From positions 789,789 through 853,788 of the forward strand of contig OY970386.1 of NCBI GenBank assembly GCA_963719465.1: 64,000 bases of DNA. The letters are read 5' to 3'. Made by a program: the position numbers and the translations under genes. Positions 61,732 to 64,000 of this stretch are shown here, one piece after another. The notes under the pieces are model-generated. The model was not told the DNA's origin. It ran no database searches and saw nothing but the letters and a program-made list of their open reading frames with translations. Every line of letters starts with the position of its first letter. Position 1 is the first letter of the stretch. Source of the DNA: an uncultured Chloroflexia bacterium. GTDB lineage: Bacteria; Chloroflexota; Dehalococcoidia; DSTF01; JALHUB01.

Positions 61732-63993
61732 ATGAAAGCGATCAGCCTCGGGTCGCGTGTCACCCTTTCTTTCGTGGTCCTCGCGGTGGCTTTGTTCATC
61801 AAGACGCCCGGCTCCCTTCCATCGCAAGCCGCAGAGGAGGGTTACTTAAAACCCTTCTCCGTACCAGCGCAACAGTATGGCCCTCCCTGGCTTGGTCACA
61901 TTGATTGGGGAGGGTTTGTCCGGTCCCCTTGCTGCGACTTGCCGGTGACGTTTCCGGATGACGAGATAGCGTTCAGAAGTGACCTGGCGGCCGGCGTTGC
62001 CATCCAGATAGACGGCGCCCAGGTCCACAATCGGTGGATTTGGCGCTATTACGAGCCGGACGGAACCCTCTATTCAGATGTCTGCTTCATGGACATACGG
62101 CAACCTGGAGAACCCGGGAATAACACCTCGTATGTCGCATTGGTGACGAACTGTGGTTGGTATAGCGGATGGCAGGTGCTGGAAACGTTCCCTGGAGGGT
62201 GCCCCTGCTCCCCTTCCAATGCCTGGATGCTGGCCCCGATCATTTCCGGTGGCCCTCTCTGGTCGATGCGTGGCATATGGGATTTTGATGTTGACTACAC
62301 CGATGATTACACGAATCCGAGCGGAGACACTATTCCCGTGACCTGGGGTGAAATGAACTTGATGTCCACACCGGCGGTCTTGCTGGTGCACGGCTGGGAG
62401 AGCGATTGCAGCAGCGTCAGTACTTTGCAGCAGAATCTCGCTTCCATTCTCGCCATCCCTTCGGATAATCTCAAGTGCTACGACTACGATTCCCGAGAGG
62501 GGGTCGAGGCGGGGGCGCAGCATCTCAAGCAGAACATCGAGGATTTCCGGCAGAGACTCGCGCTGCTTCCGGATGAAGAGATCGACATAGTTGCCCACAG
62601 CATGGGCGGATTGGTGGCTCGTTACTACCGGGAGAGCCGCGACGAGAATGGCAATTTACTTTTGTATAATCCGGCGACCGACGGGCCCATTGGCAGCATC
62701 ACCATGCTAGGCACACCCAACAATGGCGTATGGGCTGCCGATCTTGCCGATTGGATATGCGATTACAAGCATTTCGGTTTTCTAACTTGTCCCGTATTTG
62801 ATTGGGCGACCGCCAAGTACTTTGGCGTAGATCTCACTTCCCAAGCTGTGGTTGACATGGCCCCCATGTCTTGGGTTCTGCGGGAGTTGAACCAAGGCTT
62901 CACTCTCCCCCAGTGGCCGGATCTGCCACTGTATGCAGCGCACGCTGGCACTAATCATGGTCCCGTTGGGGACGTTGTCAGCAAAAGTCGGAACAACGAC
63001 TGCTTGGTCGCTGTAAGTAGCGTTGGTGGACCAAACAACATCTTCGACCCCCTACAGTACCAGGTAAGCCACAGCGAATACCTTCCCTTCCCAGGATGTG
63101 GTTCCCCGTCCCTCGTCGATGATATGGATGTCGCAGACCACGTGGCAGAAACCATCAAGGGGGAATCCATATTGCCGGATATGCCTGCCACCGCAGCGCC
63201 GCAGTCTCAGACGACGGGGCTGCTTGCCGGCGCTGGGCCGATGATCGGAAGTGCAGTCGACTACGTGACGCCTAACGCCTCGAAGACATATACGTTCACC
63301 GTCCCCAGCGGTCTCGGAGAAGCATCTTTTGTAGTGTATTGGCTAGACTCCAATACGCAGGAAGCTAATCTGGGAGTCACCCTCCGTCGGCCCAGTGGCC
63401 AGCTCGTCAACCCGACCGATCCCGACCTGGCCGAACAACCCCAAGTAACAAGCAACGGCCCGTTCTATGTGTTGTTCAGCGGGTATGTCATGAACGCGCC
63501 TGTCGCGGGTGATTGGCAGGTTACAGTGAACGGCGTGTCGGTCCCCGATCAAGGACAAGCGTTTGTTGTGGCCCTGATGCCTTTGGACAGCCAGGTTGCC
63601 CTTGGCGCTTCCGCTTCTGCCCCACGAGTGTTGCAAGATCAGGCGGAGGTCATCACGGGGGCGGTGTTCGATGGCAGCAGCGCGATAGCCCCAACTTCTA
63701 TTTCGGCGGTGGTAACGACGCCCTCCGGGGACCAGGAGCCAGTCACTTTGCAGGACGACGGGACCGGAGGAGACCAGGTAGCCGGGGATCAAGTCTACTC
63801 AGGCACCTTCACGTCTACAACTCAATGTGGCGGATATGCCGTAACGGTGAACGCCACGGCGAGCAGCAGCTCGGAGGGAACCGTAACGCGGCAACAGTTC
63901 GTTACCTTTCAATCACAGGTGATTGGCGATGCCGTAGAGATCCATGCAACCCGGACGAAGATGGTGATGGTCTTCCTGATGCGACTGAGCTGA
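61732..63993 (+). CDS. secreted alpha/beta-hydrolase (PGAP1/lipase-class-2-like triacylglycerol lipase) with C-terminal pre-peptidase/Ig-like domains
   Basis: Signal peptide; LLVHGWESDCSSV...DIVAHSMGGLVARYY (GxSxG nucleophile elbow) ...MLGTPNNGVWAAD; a C-terminal beta-rich region of about 300 aa. Local GC is about 55%. Confidence 0.7.
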   Translation: MKAISLGSRVTLSFVVLAVALFIKTPGSLPSQAAEEGYLKPFSVPAQQYGPPWLGHIDWGGFVRSPCCDLPVTFPDDEIAFRSDLAAGVAIQIDGAQVHNRWIWRYYEPDGTLYSDVCFMDIRQPGEPGNNTSYVALVTNCGWYSGWQVLETFPGGCPCSPSNAWMLAPIISGGPLWSMRGIWDFDVDYTDDYTNPSGDTIPVTWGEMNLMSTPAVLLVHGWESDCSSVSTLQQNLASILAIPSDNLKCYDYDSREGVEAGAQHLKQNIEDFRQRLALLPDEEIDIVAHSMGGLVARYYRESRDENGNLLLYNPATDGPIGSITMLGTPNNGVWAADLADWICDYKHFGFLTCPVFDWATAKYFGVDLTSQAVVDMAPMSWVLRELNQGFTLPQWPDLPLYAAHAGTNHGPVGDVVSKSRNNDCLVAVSSVGGPNNIFDPLQYQVSHSEYLPFPGCGSPSLVDDMDVADHVAETIKGESILPDMPATAAPQSQTTGLLAGAGPMIGSAVDYVTPNASKTYTFTVPSGLGEASFVVYWLDSNTQEANLGVTLRRPSGQLVNPTDPDLAEQPQVTSNGPFYVLFSGYVMNAPVAGDWQVTVNGVSVPDQGQAFVVALMPLDSQVALGASASAPRVLQDQAEVITGAVFDGSSAIAPTSISAVVTTPSGDQEPVTLQDDGTGGDQVAGDQVYSGTFTSTTQCGGYAVTVNATASSSSEGTVTRQQFVTFQSQVIGDAVEIHATRTKMVMVFLMRLS

Positions 63994-64000
63994 CCATCGG

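Overview
This is a 64-kb high-GC (about 65-67%) bacterial chromosomal segment. From gene content I would guess a Terrabacteria / Chloroflexota-like genome: TrpB2-type tryptophan synthase, T-box leaders, many PT-rich secreted hydrolases, and REP/RAYT elements. That placement is inference, not something I could confirm.

The backbone is housekeeping genes, mostly on the minus strand: lpd (5' part), scpA, DAHP synthase plus aroH, trpC, trpB2-trpS, pyrF, comB, cinA, coaE, dnaJ-prmA-rsmE, a complete ilvB-ilvN-ilvC-leuA-leuC-leuD-leuB operon, folD, gyrA and one tRNA-Pro(CGG).

The main observations are:
- Two T-box leaders are visible, one upstream of trpB2-trpS and one upstream of ilvB. Each has a textbook TTGACA-17-TATAnT promoter and an intrinsic terminator.
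- The ilv-leu operon carries at least five inserted accessory units at gene junctions. These are a low-GC DUF1801 gene, a VapBC module, an MNT-HEPN module whose GTG start overlaps the leuC stop, a 55-aa Cys-rich ORF, and a REP-flanked RAYT transposase abutting leuB.
- A 24-nt palindromic REP family and a second hairpin family (CAGTTCTGAGGGTTGAAACCCTCAG) recur. The second family is embedded in a 150-bp tandem duplication downstream of gyrA.
- Two unrelated secreted proteins, a DUF333-papain protease and a YVTN beta-propeller protein, share a C-terminal VGG[LI]AEAPDV ... TM ... GGWYA[RK]RR module. This looks like a dedicated sorting or anchoring signal.
- A MoxR-type CbbQ/NorQ ATPase, a lipoprotein cyclophilin and a roughly 1080-aa NorD-like VWA protein form a co-directional cluster.
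- There are three small lower-GC islets (29.2-30.0 kb with an Rx4H HEPN-like hypothetical, 40.6-41.0 kb DUF1801, 44.1-45.4 kb retropepsin/DUF5678/DUF3467) and a lower-GC secreted-lipase region at the 3' end.

One caveat affects every call. At least nine conserved genes (cupin, BFN nuclease, an MFS transporter, pyrF, the NorD-like gene, rsmE, dnaJ, the large DUF3089 protein and probably the islet gene) each contain a single-base frameshift, mostly in G/C runs. That pattern suggests systematic indel errors in the assembly rather than true pseudogenes. No CRISPR array or rRNA was seen.
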